Assembly: GCA_943354835.1 (NCBI GenBank)
Contig: CALRDH010000003.1
Span: forward strand, 104,496-168,495
DNA length: 64,000 nucleotides
Reading direction: 5' to 3'
Origin: a candidate division WWE3 bacterium
Lineage (GTDB): Bacteria; Patescibacteriota; WWE3; 2-01-FULL-39-13
Shown here: one piece after another, positions 48,482-58,728 of the stretch
Numbering within the stretch: position 1 is the stretch's first letter
Layout: every line of letters begins with the position of its first letter
Notes under the pieces: generated by a model
The model's input: the letters and a program-made list of their open reading frames with translations, nothing else
What the model was told of the DNA's origin: nothing
The model's database searches: none
Translations under genes and position numbers: made by a program

Positions 48482-49301
48482 AGTTACAAATATATCAAAA
48501 AAAGAGTTCTGCAAAAATTTTGGCATAGAAGAAATTGACCTAGTTGATTTAGGTATATTTAATGAAAATGACTTTAAAGAGCTAGAGGAAGTATTTGGAT
48601 ATTTAAAAGGCAGTAAGCGACTTTCACATTTAGTTAATGGCATACCATACCTGATCTCACACTTCTTTGAATTGTTAGCAATCGCAGATCAGATAATATC
48701 AAATCAACTCAAGGACATAAAAAAATATTCAACAGATCAAAAGATCAAGCTAAAGGATAGATATCCAATATCGGACTATATAATAAAGGCTAGTATTATT
48801 TCGGGATTTAAGCCAAAAAATATTTTAGAAATAGGAACATATTATGGCTGGGGAACGGCTTCTATCAAAGCAGCTTCGCCAAAATCGACAGTTTACACAA
48901 TGAATCCGAAAGAGAATGAAAATGCGAATAATCCAATAAATGAAAATGACATAGGCAAAATTTATAGGAAAAAGAACCTAGATGCAAAGCAAATCTGGGC
49001 AGACAGCACAAAATATGACTATAAAAAATTACCAGAAATAGACGTCACATATATAGACGGAAATCATGAACATGATTTTGTATATTCAGATCTTGTAAAT
49101 ACATCAAAGATAACTAAAAAGGCAATAGTACTAGATGACTATATACCATCAAAAGATAGTCCGCGAGGTGACGTCAGAGCTTATGGAGAATGGAATAAAT
49201 CTGTTGTATCAGCTGTAGATAGCTTTTTAAATAAAAATGGTAAATTATTTAAGTATGCATATTGGATAGAAGAGACACCTATTTGTGTACTAATTAAATA
49301 A
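48468..49301 (+). CDS. Methyltransferase-like protein (class I, Methyltransf_24/CmcI-like)
   Basis: ...ILEIGTYYGWGTASI...TYIDGNHEHDFVYSDL...IVLDDY. Confidence 0.45.
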   Translation: MPVSKVTNISKKEFCKNFGIEEIDLVDLGIFNENDFKELEEVFGYLKGSKRLSHLVNGIPYLISHFFELLAIADQIISNQLKDIKKYSTDQKIKLKDRYPISDYIIKASIISGFKPKNILEIGTYYGWGTASIKAASPKSTVYTMNPKENENANNPINENDIGKIYRKKNLDAKQIWADSTKYDYKKLPEIDVTYIDGNHEHDFVYSDLVNTSKITKKAIVLDDYIPSKDSPRGDVRAYGEWNKSVVSAVDSFLNKNGKLFKYAYWIEETPICVLIK

Positions 49302-49303
49302 AT

Positions 49304-50269
49304 ATGGAAATAAATGCAAGCCAGTCTAAAAACTTTTTATATAATCTTTTAAAAATTCGTCTAGTCGATGAATATATTGCTGACGTGTATCCAACAGATG
49401 TTATCAAGTGCCCAATACACTTAAGTATCGGATCTGAAGCAGTTTCGGTTGGAATATGCTCTGCGCTCAAGAAAACTGATATGGTAATAGGCGGGCATCG
49501 TGGACACGGAATATACTTAGCAAAAGGTGGAGATCTTAATGAATTTATGGCTGAAATGTATGGTAGAGAAACTGGATGCTCTGGTGGAAAAGGCGGATCT
49601 ATGCATTTAATTTCACTCGAAAACGGCCTTTTGGGCACAACACCAATACTTGGATCGACAATACCAATTGGAGTTGGCGCAGCACTATCATCAAAATTGA
49701 AAAAAAATGGCAAATTAACTGCAATATTTTTTGGCGACGGAGCATCAGAAGAAGGCGTCTATTATGAAAGTTTAAACCTAGCCGCTCTATACAAACTCCC
49801 AGTAATTTTTGTATGCGAAAATAATAAATACTCGATATTTCAGGATCTAAAAGCGAGACAGCCTGTCGATAATTTATATAAAAAAGGAGAGGCGTTTGGT
49901 ATTTCCGGAGAAAGAGTCGATGGAAATAATGTTGAGGACGTCTTTTTAGCCGCAAAACGAGCAGTTAAAGTAGCTAAATCAGGAAAACCATATTTAATAG
50001 AATGTGTCACAAATAGATGGAGGCAGCATGTTGGCCCATTTTATGACCATGAAATTGGATTTGGAACTAAAGAAGAAATTGAGAAAATTATGTTAAATGA
50101 AGACCCAATTGCAAATTTATTAAAGAAGGCTAAAAAGGCGGGTTTTTTCGACGATAAATTTGTCGAAAAAACCCGCAAACGAATTATTAAAGAAGTTACT
50201 AATTCAATCGAATTTGCAAACAAAAGCCCACTTCCGAGTGTCGAAAAGTTGTATAGTCATATATATTAA
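49304..50269 (+). CDS. ThDP-dependent 2-oxoacid dehydrogenase E1 component alpha subunit-like
   Basis: ...CPIHLSIGSEAVSVGICSALKKTDMVIGGHRGHGIYLAKGGDL...GKGGSMHL...FFGDGASEEG...FVCENNKYS. Confidence 0.85.
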   Translation: MEINASQSKNFLYNLLKIRLVDEYIADVYPTDVIKCPIHLSIGSEAVSVGICSALKKTDMVIGGHRGHGIYLAKGGDLNEFMAEMYGRETGCSGGKGGSMHLISLENGLLGTTPILGSTIPIGVGAALSSKLKKNGKLTAIFFGDGASEEGVYYESLNLAALYKLPVIFVCENNKYSIFQDLKARQPVDNLYKKGEAFGISGERVDGNNVEDVFLAAKRAVKVAKSGKPYLIECVTNRWRQHVGPFYDHEIGFGTKEEIEKIMLNEDPIANLLKKAKKAGFFDDKFVEKTRKRIIKEVTNSIEFANKSPLPSVEKLYSHIY

Positions 50270-50271
50270 TT

Positions 50272-51327
50272 ATGAGAGAATTATCCTACGGAGAAGCTAT
50301 AAAAGAAGCAACTTTTCAGATGATGGAAAAAGATCCATCTATAATTGTAATGGGAGAAGGTGTAAATGATCCTACTGGGATGTTTGGATCAACTTCAGAT
50401 TTATATAAAACATTCGGGAAAGAAAGATTAATAGATGTTCCAAATAGCGAAAATGCGTTTACTGGAATGGCAATTGGTGCTGCTATGACAGGAATGCGAC
50501 CGATTATCGTTCATCAAAGAAATGATTTTTTACTGTTAGCTATGGATCAGATGGCAAGTCAAGCAGCGAAATGGTCATATATGTTTTCAGGTAAAGCACA
50601 TGTCCCGATTGTAATAAGGGCTGTTGTAGGGCGCGGATGGGGACAAGGAGCACAACACTCCCAAAGTTTACAAAGTTTATTTATGCATTTTCCGGGATTA
50701 AAAGTTGTCATGCCAGCCAATGCATATGATGCCAAAGGCCTTCTTGTATCAGCACTCTCTGAAGAAAATAGCCCGATAATTATTATTGAACATAGATGGT
50801 TATACAAAGCTAAATGCGACGTTCCAGAAAAGATTTATTCAGTCCCGATTGGTAAAGCTAGTATCGCAAGAAAAGGTAAAGACGTAACGATTATCGCTAC
50901 CTCTCTAGCAGTTGCAGATTCTTTAGTTGCATCAGAAAAACTTATAGAATTAGGCGTTTCTGCAGAAGTTATAGATCTAAGAACTGTACGCCCACTGGAC
51001 CTTGATATGATTAAAAAATCAGTAATCAAAACTCAAAACCTTGTAATTGTCGATTCTGGTTGGAAAACCTGTGGTGTATCCGCCGAGGTTGCAGCAGTGA
51101 TAGCAGAAGATCCAAAATCATTTCGAGCTTTAAAATCACCAATTAAACGAGTGGCATGGGCCGAGACACCGGCACCAACTACATATGCGCTTGAAAATAT
51201 CTTCTACCCTACAGTTGAAACTATTGTGTCAGCAACATTAGAAGTTATAAAAGGCGAAACTATCAATATGGAATCAAAATACGAAGAACAAAAATTTACA
51301 AAGAAACAATTTACTGGATCCTTTTAG
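50272..51327 (+). CDS. ThDP-dependent 2-oxoacid dehydrogenase E1 component beta subunit-like
   Basis: MRELSYGEAIKEA...IVMGEGV...ERLIDVPNSENAFTGMAIGAAMTGMRPI.... Directly follows the alpha gene. Confidence 0.85.
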   Translation: MRELSYGEAIKEATFQMMEKDPSIIVMGEGVNDPTGMFGSTSDLYKTFGKERLIDVPNSENAFTGMAIGAAMTGMRPIIVHQRNDFLLLAMDQMASQAAKWSYMFSGKAHVPIVIRAVVGRGWGQGAQHSQSLQSLFMHFPGLKVVMPANAYDAKGLLVSALSEENSPIIIIEHRWLYKAKCDVPEKIYSVPIGKASIARKGKDVTIIATSLAVADSLVASEKLIELGVSAEVIDLRTVRPLDLDMIKKSVIKTQNLVIVDSGWKTCGVSAEVAAVIAEDPKSFRALKSPIKRVAWAETPAPTTYALENIFYPTVETIVSATLEVIKGETINMESKYEEQKFTKKQFTGSF

Positions 51328-51333
51328 AACCAA

Positions 51334-52419
51334 ATGAAATCAGCACAGGACGTAATATCACAAGACATAAAAAAAATAATAAGAGAATTAAAAGGCGAAT
51401 TGAAACAATTTTCTGGAAAAACATTATTGATCACTGGCTCAAACGGACTTCTTGGGAGCTATATTGTTGACACAATAAAATACTTAAACGACACCAAGAG
51501 TTTGAGCAGTCCCTGCAAAGTAATTGGTATTAACAGATCAAAAATAATAAATTCATCTAGAAATTTCCACGCACTAGAAGATAAAAATTTTAGATTCATC
51601 GAACACGACGTATCAATCCCACTACCTATAAATACTAAAATTGACTATATAATCCATTCAGCAGGATCATCAAGTCCGGCTGTGTTTCAAAAATACCCGA
51701 TAAATACAATCGACGTAAATGTTAATGGAACAAGATGGCTTTTAGAACTTGCTAAGGAACAAAAAATAGGAAGTATGCTTTATTTAAGTAGCGGTGAGAT
51801 ATACGGCAACCCAAACAAAAACAATACACCAACACCAGAAACATATAATGGAAATTCTTCCACACTTGATAAAAGATCGTGTTATATAGAATCAAAAAGG
51901 TTAGCTGAAACACTCTGCAAGATCTATAACGAGAATTTTAACGTCCCCGTAAAAATAGCCAGACCATTTGTAATTTATGGTCCAGGAGTGAAAACTGCCG
52001 ACGGCAAGGTCTTATCTGATTTCATGAAGTATGCGATAGAAAATAAGCCAATCGAAATGCTAAGCGAAGGGAATGACTTAAGGTCTGATTGTTATATCTC
52101 GGATGCCACGGTTGCATTCCTAAAAATCCTATTATCAAATAAAAATGGCGAGGTATATAATGTTGGAAGTGATAAAGAAGAATTTACGATAAAACAGTTA
52201 GCCGAAAAGATTCATAAAATCTGCAAAATAGAAACAAGTCCGGTTTATAAAGGGGCACCCATTCCAGCTCATTTAAAAAGTGCTCCGAAACGGTTTTCAG
52301 CTGATATAACCAAAATCAGAAAAGACTTTGATTTCATGCCAAAAGTTAATCTAGAAATAGGCCTTAAAAATACAATTGAGTGGAATAAATTATTTATGAA
52401 ACAAAGACATGAAAGATAG
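51334..52419 (+). CDS. NAD-dependent epimerase/dehydratase, UXS-like SDR (paralog of 37127..38200)
   Basis: LLITGSNGLLGSYIVDTIKYLN...YGNPNKNNTPTPETYNGNSSTLDKRSCYIESKRLAE is collinear with the other SDR. Confidence 0.75.
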   Translation: MKSAQDVISQDIKKIIRELKGELKQFSGKTLLITGSNGLLGSYIVDTIKYLNDTKSLSSPCKVIGINRSKIINSSRNFHALEDKNFRFIEHDVSIPLPINTKIDYIIHSAGSSSPAVFQKYPINTIDVNVNGTRWLLELAKEQKIGSMLYLSSGEIYGNPNKNNTPTPETYNGNSSTLDKRSCYIESKRLAETLCKIYNENFNVPVKIARPFVIYGPGVKTADGKVLSDFMKYAIENKPIEMLSEGNDLRSDCYISDATVAFLKILLSNKNGEVYNVGSDKEEFTIKQLAEKIHKICKIETSPVYKGAPIPAHLKSAPKRFSADITKIRKDFDFMPKVNLEIGLKNTIEWNKLFMKQRHER

Positions 52420-53560
52420 AATCCCTGATACATTTATGGTCTCATGTGCAATATTGTGTAAAAAAGAAGGTATGGCGGAATACTTTAAAAAAAGATGCGA
52501 GAATTTCGTTTTAATTACGGTTATTCCTAAATACGCAAAAGGACAAAAGCCGAAATGTGAGATTTTTGAAAGCGGAAATCTAATAAATTCTTTTGACTTA
52601 ATCACTATACCAGATTTCGTATCTGACAAAAGCAAATACTTTGTACACTTAGGATACGTATTTTCTATAATTTACGCGGCTTTTAAATTAAGAAAAAGAT
52701 TCGAACTCTTCATAGGAGAAGGCCATATTTATTCATCAGCAGGAATTATCCTAAAATACTTAGGTTTTTTCAAAAAAATAATATACTCCAGCGGTGATTA
52801 TTTTGTTGACGTAAAATCGTTTCAAATAATTGATAAATTCTTAAGTAAGCACGTTGATGCTATATGGTCTGCATCTGATCGCATGTGCAAAGAAAGACTC
52901 AAAAACGTAGTGATAATAAACCCTAATGGAATACAACTAACAATGCCACTAGGAGTTGAGATGAAAAAAAACATAATCAAAGAAAACAAATTAGATACTA
53001 AAAATATATTATTTATAGGAAACATACAAGAACACCAAGGCCTAGATTTATTCATAGACTCAATGCCTGAACTTATTCAGAAATTTCCAGATATGAAGCT
53101 CGATGTTATTGGAACTGGAATGCATCAAAATAACATAAAAGAAAAAGTATCAAAATTAGATCTTATTAATTATGTAACATTTCATGGATTTATTGAATGT
53201 CAAGACAAGACCGATGAAATATTTTCAAAATGCGTTTGCGGAATTGCCTTATATATCCCTGAACTTTCCGGATTTACAAAACTATCCGATCCTGGAAAAA
53301 TTAAGGACTATTTATCAGCAGGGCTACCAGTAATAACAACAAAAGTTTTTAACTTCTCAAAAGAGATCAAAAAATGCGAGGCTGGAGAAGTAATTGATTA
53401 CGATAAGGATCAACTAATTGAATCAGTTTCAAAGATATTAAAAAATCAAAGTACTTTACAATCTTATTCTAAAAAAGCTGTAAAACTTGCAGAAAAATAT
53501 GAATGGTACAAAGTCCTAGACAAAGTCTACACACAAACTTCTGATTTCTGGAATCAATAA
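52409..53560 (+). CDS. Glycosyltransferase family 4 (GT-B)
   Basis: ...ILFIGNIQEHQGLDLFI...LDVIGTG...GLPVITTKV.... Confidence 0.7.
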   Translation: MKDRIPDTFMVSCAILCKKEGMAEYFKKRCENFVLITVIPKYAKGQKPKCEIFESGNLINSFDLITIPDFVSDKSKYFVHLGYVFSIIYAAFKLRKRFELFIGEGHIYSSAGIILKYLGFFKKIIYSSGDYFVDVKSFQIIDKFLSKHVDAIWSASDRMCKERLKNVVIINPNGIQLTMPLGVEMKKNIIKENKLDTKNILFIGNIQEHQGLDLFIDSMPELIQKFPDMKLDVIGTGMHQNNIKEKVSKLDLINYVTFHGFIECQDKTDEIFSKCVCGIALYIPELSGFTKLSDPGKIKDYLSAGLPVITTKVFNFSKEIKKCEAGEVIDYDKDQLIESVSKILKNQSTLQSYSKKAVKLAEKYEWYKVLDKVYTQTSDFWNQ

Positions 53561-53564
53561 CAAT

Positions 53565-54791
53565 ATGCAAAAATTAATAAAAGTTCTTTATATTGTAAAC
53601 TTTTATGGAAGTCCACCTTTAAATTATTTTGAAAAGTATACGAAGGAATTGAATTTAGCAGAGATATACATACTTAAATTACCAGCGGTCAGACTAACAA
53701 AAGGAAGGCTTTTTGTTGATGCATTCATTATTGACGTAAATGGTAAAAAGTATGAAACAAATGTCGATATAAATTTTCCGTTTCCACCAGCGGTAATATT
53801 TCTTACACAATATATTCTTAATTTCATATTGCTATTCACGCTCCTTAAAAAAATTAAAGTGAATAAATTCGACATATGTATCGGAGAAACGTCATTTGGT
53901 AGTGCATGTGCATACCTCCTAAAAAAGTTACAAAAGGTTAATTATTCAATTTACATGAACGGTGATATTTTGCCAAATAGAAAAAGTAACGAAACATATT
54001 ATTTTAATAATAAAATAGCTGATTCAATAATGATAAGCGGACAAATGTTGCTAAGAAAATTAGGCAGTAAATGCGATCTAATTTGGTATGTTACCCATAA
54101 GATACATGAGTGGGATATCAAAAATGGTATAAATACTAAGAATTATTTTTTTGCGGAAGCTGCTACCATTGACTTCAAAGAATTCCAAAATTATTCAAAA
54201 ATTCCAAAACAAAAAAATGTACTTGGATATATCGGCAGACTAGACGAATTTGCTGGGCTAGACATTTCGATTGAAAGCATAAAGTATATAAAAAAGAATA
54301 TTTCTGATATAAGATTCGATATTGTAGGAGGAGGAAGCGCATCTGTAGAGCATTATAAAGAAATAGCTAAATCACATGGGGTTTTAGACAACGTAAAATT
54401 CTATGGATATATACCTGAAATGAGCGACGCCTTTGATATACTATCAAAGGCGTCGCTAGGTATGGCTTTATACAAACCAGATAAATCAAATGTCTCTCTT
54501 GCTACAGATGTTTCGAAAGTTAAAGAATATATAAAAGTCGGTCTACCCGTGGTAATCACAAAAGGTGGACCAGCTGTTGAAAAGGAAATTATAAAATATA
54601 ATTCAGGTATAGTTGTAGATTATAACGCTAAAAAAATTGCGGAAGCAATTGTTAACATTTTAGATGAAAACAATAAATCCGAATATATGGAGCTCCAAGG
54701 AGGGTTGAAAAACCATGCGAAAAACTTAGATTATAAAAAACATTTCAAATATGTTTGGGAACAAATTCTAAAATTTTATGAGAATTCTTAA
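53565..54791 (+). CDS. Glycosyltransferase family 4 (GT-B), paralog of the preceding gene
   Basis: ...VLGYIGRLDEFAGLDISI...FDIVGGG...GLPVVITKG... is collinear with 52409..53560. Confidence 0.7.
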   Translation: MQKLIKVLYIVNFYGSPPLNYFEKYTKELNLAEIYILKLPAVRLTKGRLFVDAFIIDVNGKKYETNVDINFPFPPAVIFLTQYILNFILLFTLLKKIKVNKFDICIGETSFGSACAYLLKKLQKVNYSIYMNGDILPNRKSNETYYFNNKIADSIMISGQMLLRKLGSKCDLIWYVTHKIHEWDIKNGINTKNYFFAEAATIDFKEFQNYSKIPKQKNVLGYIGRLDEFAGLDISIESIKYIKKNISDIRFDIVGGGSASVEHYKEIAKSHGVLDNVKFYGYIPEMSDAFDILSKASLGMALYKPDKSNVSLATDVSKVKEYIKVGLPVVITKGGPAVEKEIIKYNSGIVVDYNAKKIAEAIVNILDENNKSEYMELQGGLKNHAKNLDYKKHFKYVWEQILKFYENS

Positions 54792-57700
54792 TCTACTAGT
54801 AAATTTATATGCAAAGGAAAAATTAAAAAGAATAGCTGATTCTAAATTATTTTATCTAATTTCTCTAGGCTTATTAGGTTTAACACCACTATTTTGGTTT
54901 TATAAGGACTTTATTATTCGCCCTGAAGAACTTAGCTACATAAACTATTCATTTTTATTTGAAAAATATCTATATGCTTGGTCTACTCATACATCAAATG
55001 GATTACCAACTACTTACTCAAATCAACTAATACTTTTTCCAGTTGGTTTGTTGTATGCATTTTTCGAAAAAATACAAATCTCGGAGCAACTTGCGCAAAA
55101 GATAATCCTTGTATTTTTCTACGAATCAACACTGATTTCTTCATACTTACTTTTTTTGAAACTATCAAAAAGTAACAAGTCTTCATTTTTGTCATCTATC
55201 TTTTATTCATTTAATTTCTATACTCTTTCCATCCCTTTTTATACAGCAAAGATGATACAGATGGCTATATTCCCAATAATTTTTCAAACTACATTAAATT
55301 ATATGGAAACAAAAAGGATTAAATATATCTTTCTTAATTTTATAACTCTATTTATATTTCAAGGTATCTTTTCCAACATCGCTAATGCCACATCTACAAT
55401 GATAGCTTACCTATTGGCAATTTCTTATTATCTTTATATAACTCGACCAAAAAGCAATCCGATAAAACATATTAAACACTTAACGACGTATTTCCTGGCA
55501 ATACTTCCAATATTTGTAAACATTGGTTTAATCTTCTATTACTCCGTATTGAATACTAATCTGTACATAAAATTAAGAGAAACAAACGGATTCGCACATA
55601 CCTTTCTATCAACATCAATTGCAAAAATATTCATAATATTTCATGGAGCATGGTGGGAAGACTCTGAAGTGTACAATACATTATTCACGCATTTTAACAA
55701 TCCCTTCGTAATTATTTCGTCGGTTGGACTTTTCGCATTTCTTGTCTTTGGATTCCTAACTATAGATAAAAAGAAGCAAAATAGAAAATCTTACGTTTTT
55801 TGGTTTTTCTTTTTCTGTATTTTCATATTTTTTGTAAAAGGAATAAATCAACCTTTTGGCACAGTATATAAATTGATGTTCTTTACTGTCCCTGGATTTT
55901 TTGTTTTCCGCGAACCATGGGCAAAATTCACTCCATTACTAATTTTTTCAGGGAGTATAGTTTTTCTCTACGTTTTCGAATCGATTTCAAAATATAGATA
56001 TTTGCCAAAACTTATATTCATAATGATTTTACTAATCGCTTTACCATTTCTGACTGGAAATGCTATAGATCATTCTGGATCTGGATATTCAGACACCGAT
56101 ATCTTAATTCCTAGTTACTGGAAGGACTTTCATGAATGGTCAAAAAACAAGGAAATTCAAAACCTTAATATTTTCGCAACGCCAGTAATATACGGAACCC
56201 AAGAATATTATAATTGGCAAGGTTATGAAAAGGGAAATTTAACAGGGTCATTCGTATACACTTATCTTTATAGCAATTCAATTAACAAACTAGATGATCC
56301 AACTGGCATACACTACGAGTATCTAAAAACATACAGCCCAAATTTATTTCAAATATTCAACGTCGATTATGTTTTAAGTCAAAATGATGTTGTTAACGTT
56401 GCCGCGAACAAGGACTATTCGATTAAAAATCTTTCGAATGAAAATATTATAGAAAAAGAACCATTTCTGAAATTTGGCAAATTAGCATTATACAATCTAC
56501 AACCAAAATATAAATCTCAAAGGATATACATACCACAAAATGTATACAAATATAGTAGTAACGATGAAGCAATATTTCCAACGATATTAAATATATTTCC
56601 AGAAGAAACATCACACGCATATATTTCAATACATGAAAAGGATAACTCTTACGATATAATATCTAATTCCGCAGTCACTGTAGCAAATAAAGTCAATTCG
56701 AATATACAGACGTTAGGGCAATGGGATAACGGATGGACCTGGCCTATAGAAGCAAGCGTGTCCCCAAAATCCACGAAATATAAACTAGTAAGATTCTCTG
56801 AATATATAGAACAAAAAACAACTCAAAATCAGCTAGATAAAATTGACCTTGACCTTTGGTATGCAGGAAAACGGATTGAGGAAATCCAGAGATTTGATTT
56901 AAATTCACTTGAAAAAAAGGACCTGCTTGAAGACTTCACAAAGAAAATATCATACATATCAGAAACTTTACGAAACTTTCCAAAAAACCATCAAGACGAG
57001 AAATACTGGGGAACTGTAAAAAAATCTCAAATGTATATTAAAAGGTTTATACAAACAGGAACTTTAGCGAAAACCATATATCTGGAGAAAAATCTTAACG
57101 AGTTAAATTCTTTTCAGTCATGGATAAATGAAAAAGTAAACCCGTATTGTAAAAAGCAATGTTACGAAATCAAAGCGACAGAGACAGGAACTCACCAAAT
57201 TTTTATCAAAAATTCAGAACTAAGAAAGATTTGGCCGAACAAAGATGAACTAAATAATTACCATGACGGAATTATTACCTTAATAGTAAAAGCAAATGAA
57301 TTTAATTCAATCTCTCCACAAATACTATCGGTTGAACCTTTATATATTGAAGATATAAATTCTCCAATAAAAATTGGGCAAGTAAATTTGCAAAAAGATG
57401 AAATATACTACATCGATCTTTCATTTTTAGATGATATAAACATCGTAAATAAGGGGTTATGGCAGACGCCAGATATTAATAAACAATCAGACTATGAAAT
57501 TGAATTTACACCTCTATCAGTTGTAAACGGATATACATCTGAAGACGGCGAGGAGGTAAGAATATGGAACAATACAATAAAATTCAAAGAACTTTCCGGA
57601 TGGGTGCCAAATACCCCATATAAGCTATCATTCAAATACAAAATCAATGATGGCAGACTTGGAATTTTAATCTCGGAAAGCATATACGATATATCGAACA

Positions 57701-58728
57701 TATCAGAAGGAAAAATTGGCAATAACTTTGAGAAAATAGATAATTCATCCTTAGTACAAAAAACCGCACTGAAAGAGTTAATCGATGCAAAATGCAATTA
57801 CGATTTAGATAATGAAAACTGCTGGATTAAATATGAAAAGACTATTAATCCAAATAGTTTATCAGTTGGGGCATCGATATATTTCTATGCAACTCCTGAT
57901 TCTAATAACTTCTCGAAAGTTTTGGTTAGCGAGATAAAGATAGAACCGATAACGGACCTAAAACCAATTCTCGTGCTAAATAAAGATGTAAATACGAGTA
58001 TCACTAGACCAGACATAAAATATAATATGATAAATCCAACTAAATATTCTATAGAAATCCGAAATGCAGTATCACCATATATTATTGTGTTTAGTCAAAC
58101 TTTTCATAAAGGTTGGAAACTTTATCTTAACAATCAAGAAATTGGCAAAACACAACATGAAATTGCAAACGGATTTGCAAACGCTTGGCAAATAAGCCCA
58201 GGCGAAGTAGGAAACCAAAGTAATTACACATTAACACTAGAGTATTATCCTCAAAGAATACTTTACTATACATGGTACGCGACAATATTAGTATTTATAG
58301 CATCAATCCTTTATGTATTATTTGAAATTTTATTAAATAAAAATTATTCTTTAACAGAATCAAATCAAAAAGCACCATCTTCACAAAAACCCCAACTACT
58401 TGGATTATTAACAAAAAGGGTAAAGAAACTTAAAAAACCAATCTTTATTGGGGGCATCATAACTATATTGTTTTATGAATTAAGTAGCTTGCAAACAATA
58501 TCCGATTTTGTAATTTTCCTAATAATAATATTTGCAATAATAGTTATAAAATTAGCTAAGATTAGTAGTAAAAATTTAATCTATACATCACTTTCACTTA
58601 TCATAATTATGATAATTTTAATATTATTTAAGAATGATACCTATTCTGAAATCTTTGCTATTTTCGCACTGACCTTAATTGCGGTAACCTCATTTATAGA
58701 ATTTACTAGAAAGAATATTGATGACTGA
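54778..58728 (+). CDS. Giant (1316 aa) polytopic membrane protein: N-terminal ~430-aa multi-TM GT-C-like domain, ~750-aa extracytoplasmic domain, C-terminal TM bundle (AftD/DUF3367-like architecture)
   Basis: Hydrophobicity layout read from the translation: about 12 N-terminal TM helices, a long soluble middle, and about 4-5 C-terminal TM helices (…YYTWYATILVFIASILYVLF…, …IFLIIIFAIIVI…, …LIIIMIILILF…). Confidence 0.5.
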   Translation: MRILNLLVNLYAKEKLKRIADSKLFYLISLGLLGLTPLFWFYKDFIIRPEELSYINYSFLFEKYLYAWSTHTSNGLPTTYSNQLILFPVGLLYAFFEKIQISEQLAQKIILVFFYESTLISSYLLFLKLSKSNKSSFLSSIFYSFNFYTLSIPFYTAKMIQMAIFPIIFQTTLNYMETKRIKYIFLNFITLFIFQGIFSNIANATSTMIAYLLAISYYLYITRPKSNPIKHIKHLTTYFLAILPIFVNIGLIFYYSVLNTNLYIKLRETNGFAHTFLSTSIAKIFIIFHGAWWEDSEVYNTLFTHFNNPFVIISSVGLFAFLVFGFLTIDKKKQNRKSYVFWFFFFCIFIFFVKGINQPFGTVYKLMFFTVPGFFVFREPWAKFTPLLIFSGSIVFLYVFESISKYRYLPKLIFIMILLIALPFLTGNAIDHSGSGYSDTDILIPSYWKDFHEWSKNKEIQNLNIFATPVIYGTQEYYNWQGYEKGNLTGSFVYTYLYSNSINKLDDPTGIHYEYLKTYSPNLFQIFNVDYVLSQNDVVNVAANKDYSIKNLSNENIIEKEPFLKFGKLALYNLQPKYKSQRIYIPQNVYKYSSNDEAIFPTILNIFPEETSHAYISIHEKDNSYDIISNSAVTVANKVNSNIQTLGQWDNGWTWPIEASVSPKSTKYKLVRFSEYIEQKTTQNQLDKIDLDLWYAGKRIEEIQRFDLNSLEKKDLLEDFTKKISYISETLRNFPKNHQDEKYWGTVKKSQMYIKRFIQTGTLAKTIYLEKNLNELNSFQSWINEKVNPYCKKQCYEIKATETGTHQIFIKNSELRKIWPNKDELNNYHDGIITLIVKANEFNSISPQILSVEPLYIEDINSPIKIGQVNLQKDEIYYIDLSFLDDINIVNKGLWQTPDINKQSDYEIEFTPLSVVNGYTSEDGEEVRIWNNTIKFKELSGWVPNTPYKLSFKYKINDGRLGILISESIYDISNISEGKIGNNFEKIDNSSLVQKTALKELIDAKCNYDLDNENCWIKYEKTINPNSLSVGASIYFYATPDSNNFSKVLVSEIKIEPITDLKPILVLNKDVNTSITRPDIKYNMINPTKYSIEIRNAVSPYIIVFSQTFHKGWKLYLNNQEIGKTQHEIANGFANAWQISPGEVGNQSNYTLTLEYYPQRILYYTWYATILVFIASILYVLFEILLNKNYSLTESNQKAPSSQKPQLLGLLTKRVKKLKKPIFIGGIITILFYELSSLQTISDFVIFLIIIFAIIVIKLAKISSKNLIYTSLSLIIIMIILILFKNDTYSEIFAIFALTLIAVTSFIEFTRKNIDD

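Noticed and set aside
49294-49955. Minus-strand ORFs 49294..49713 and 49599..49955 opposite the E1 alpha gene
   Set aside because: They are shadow ORFs antisense to a strongly conserved E1 alpha coding sequence and have no recognisable motifs.
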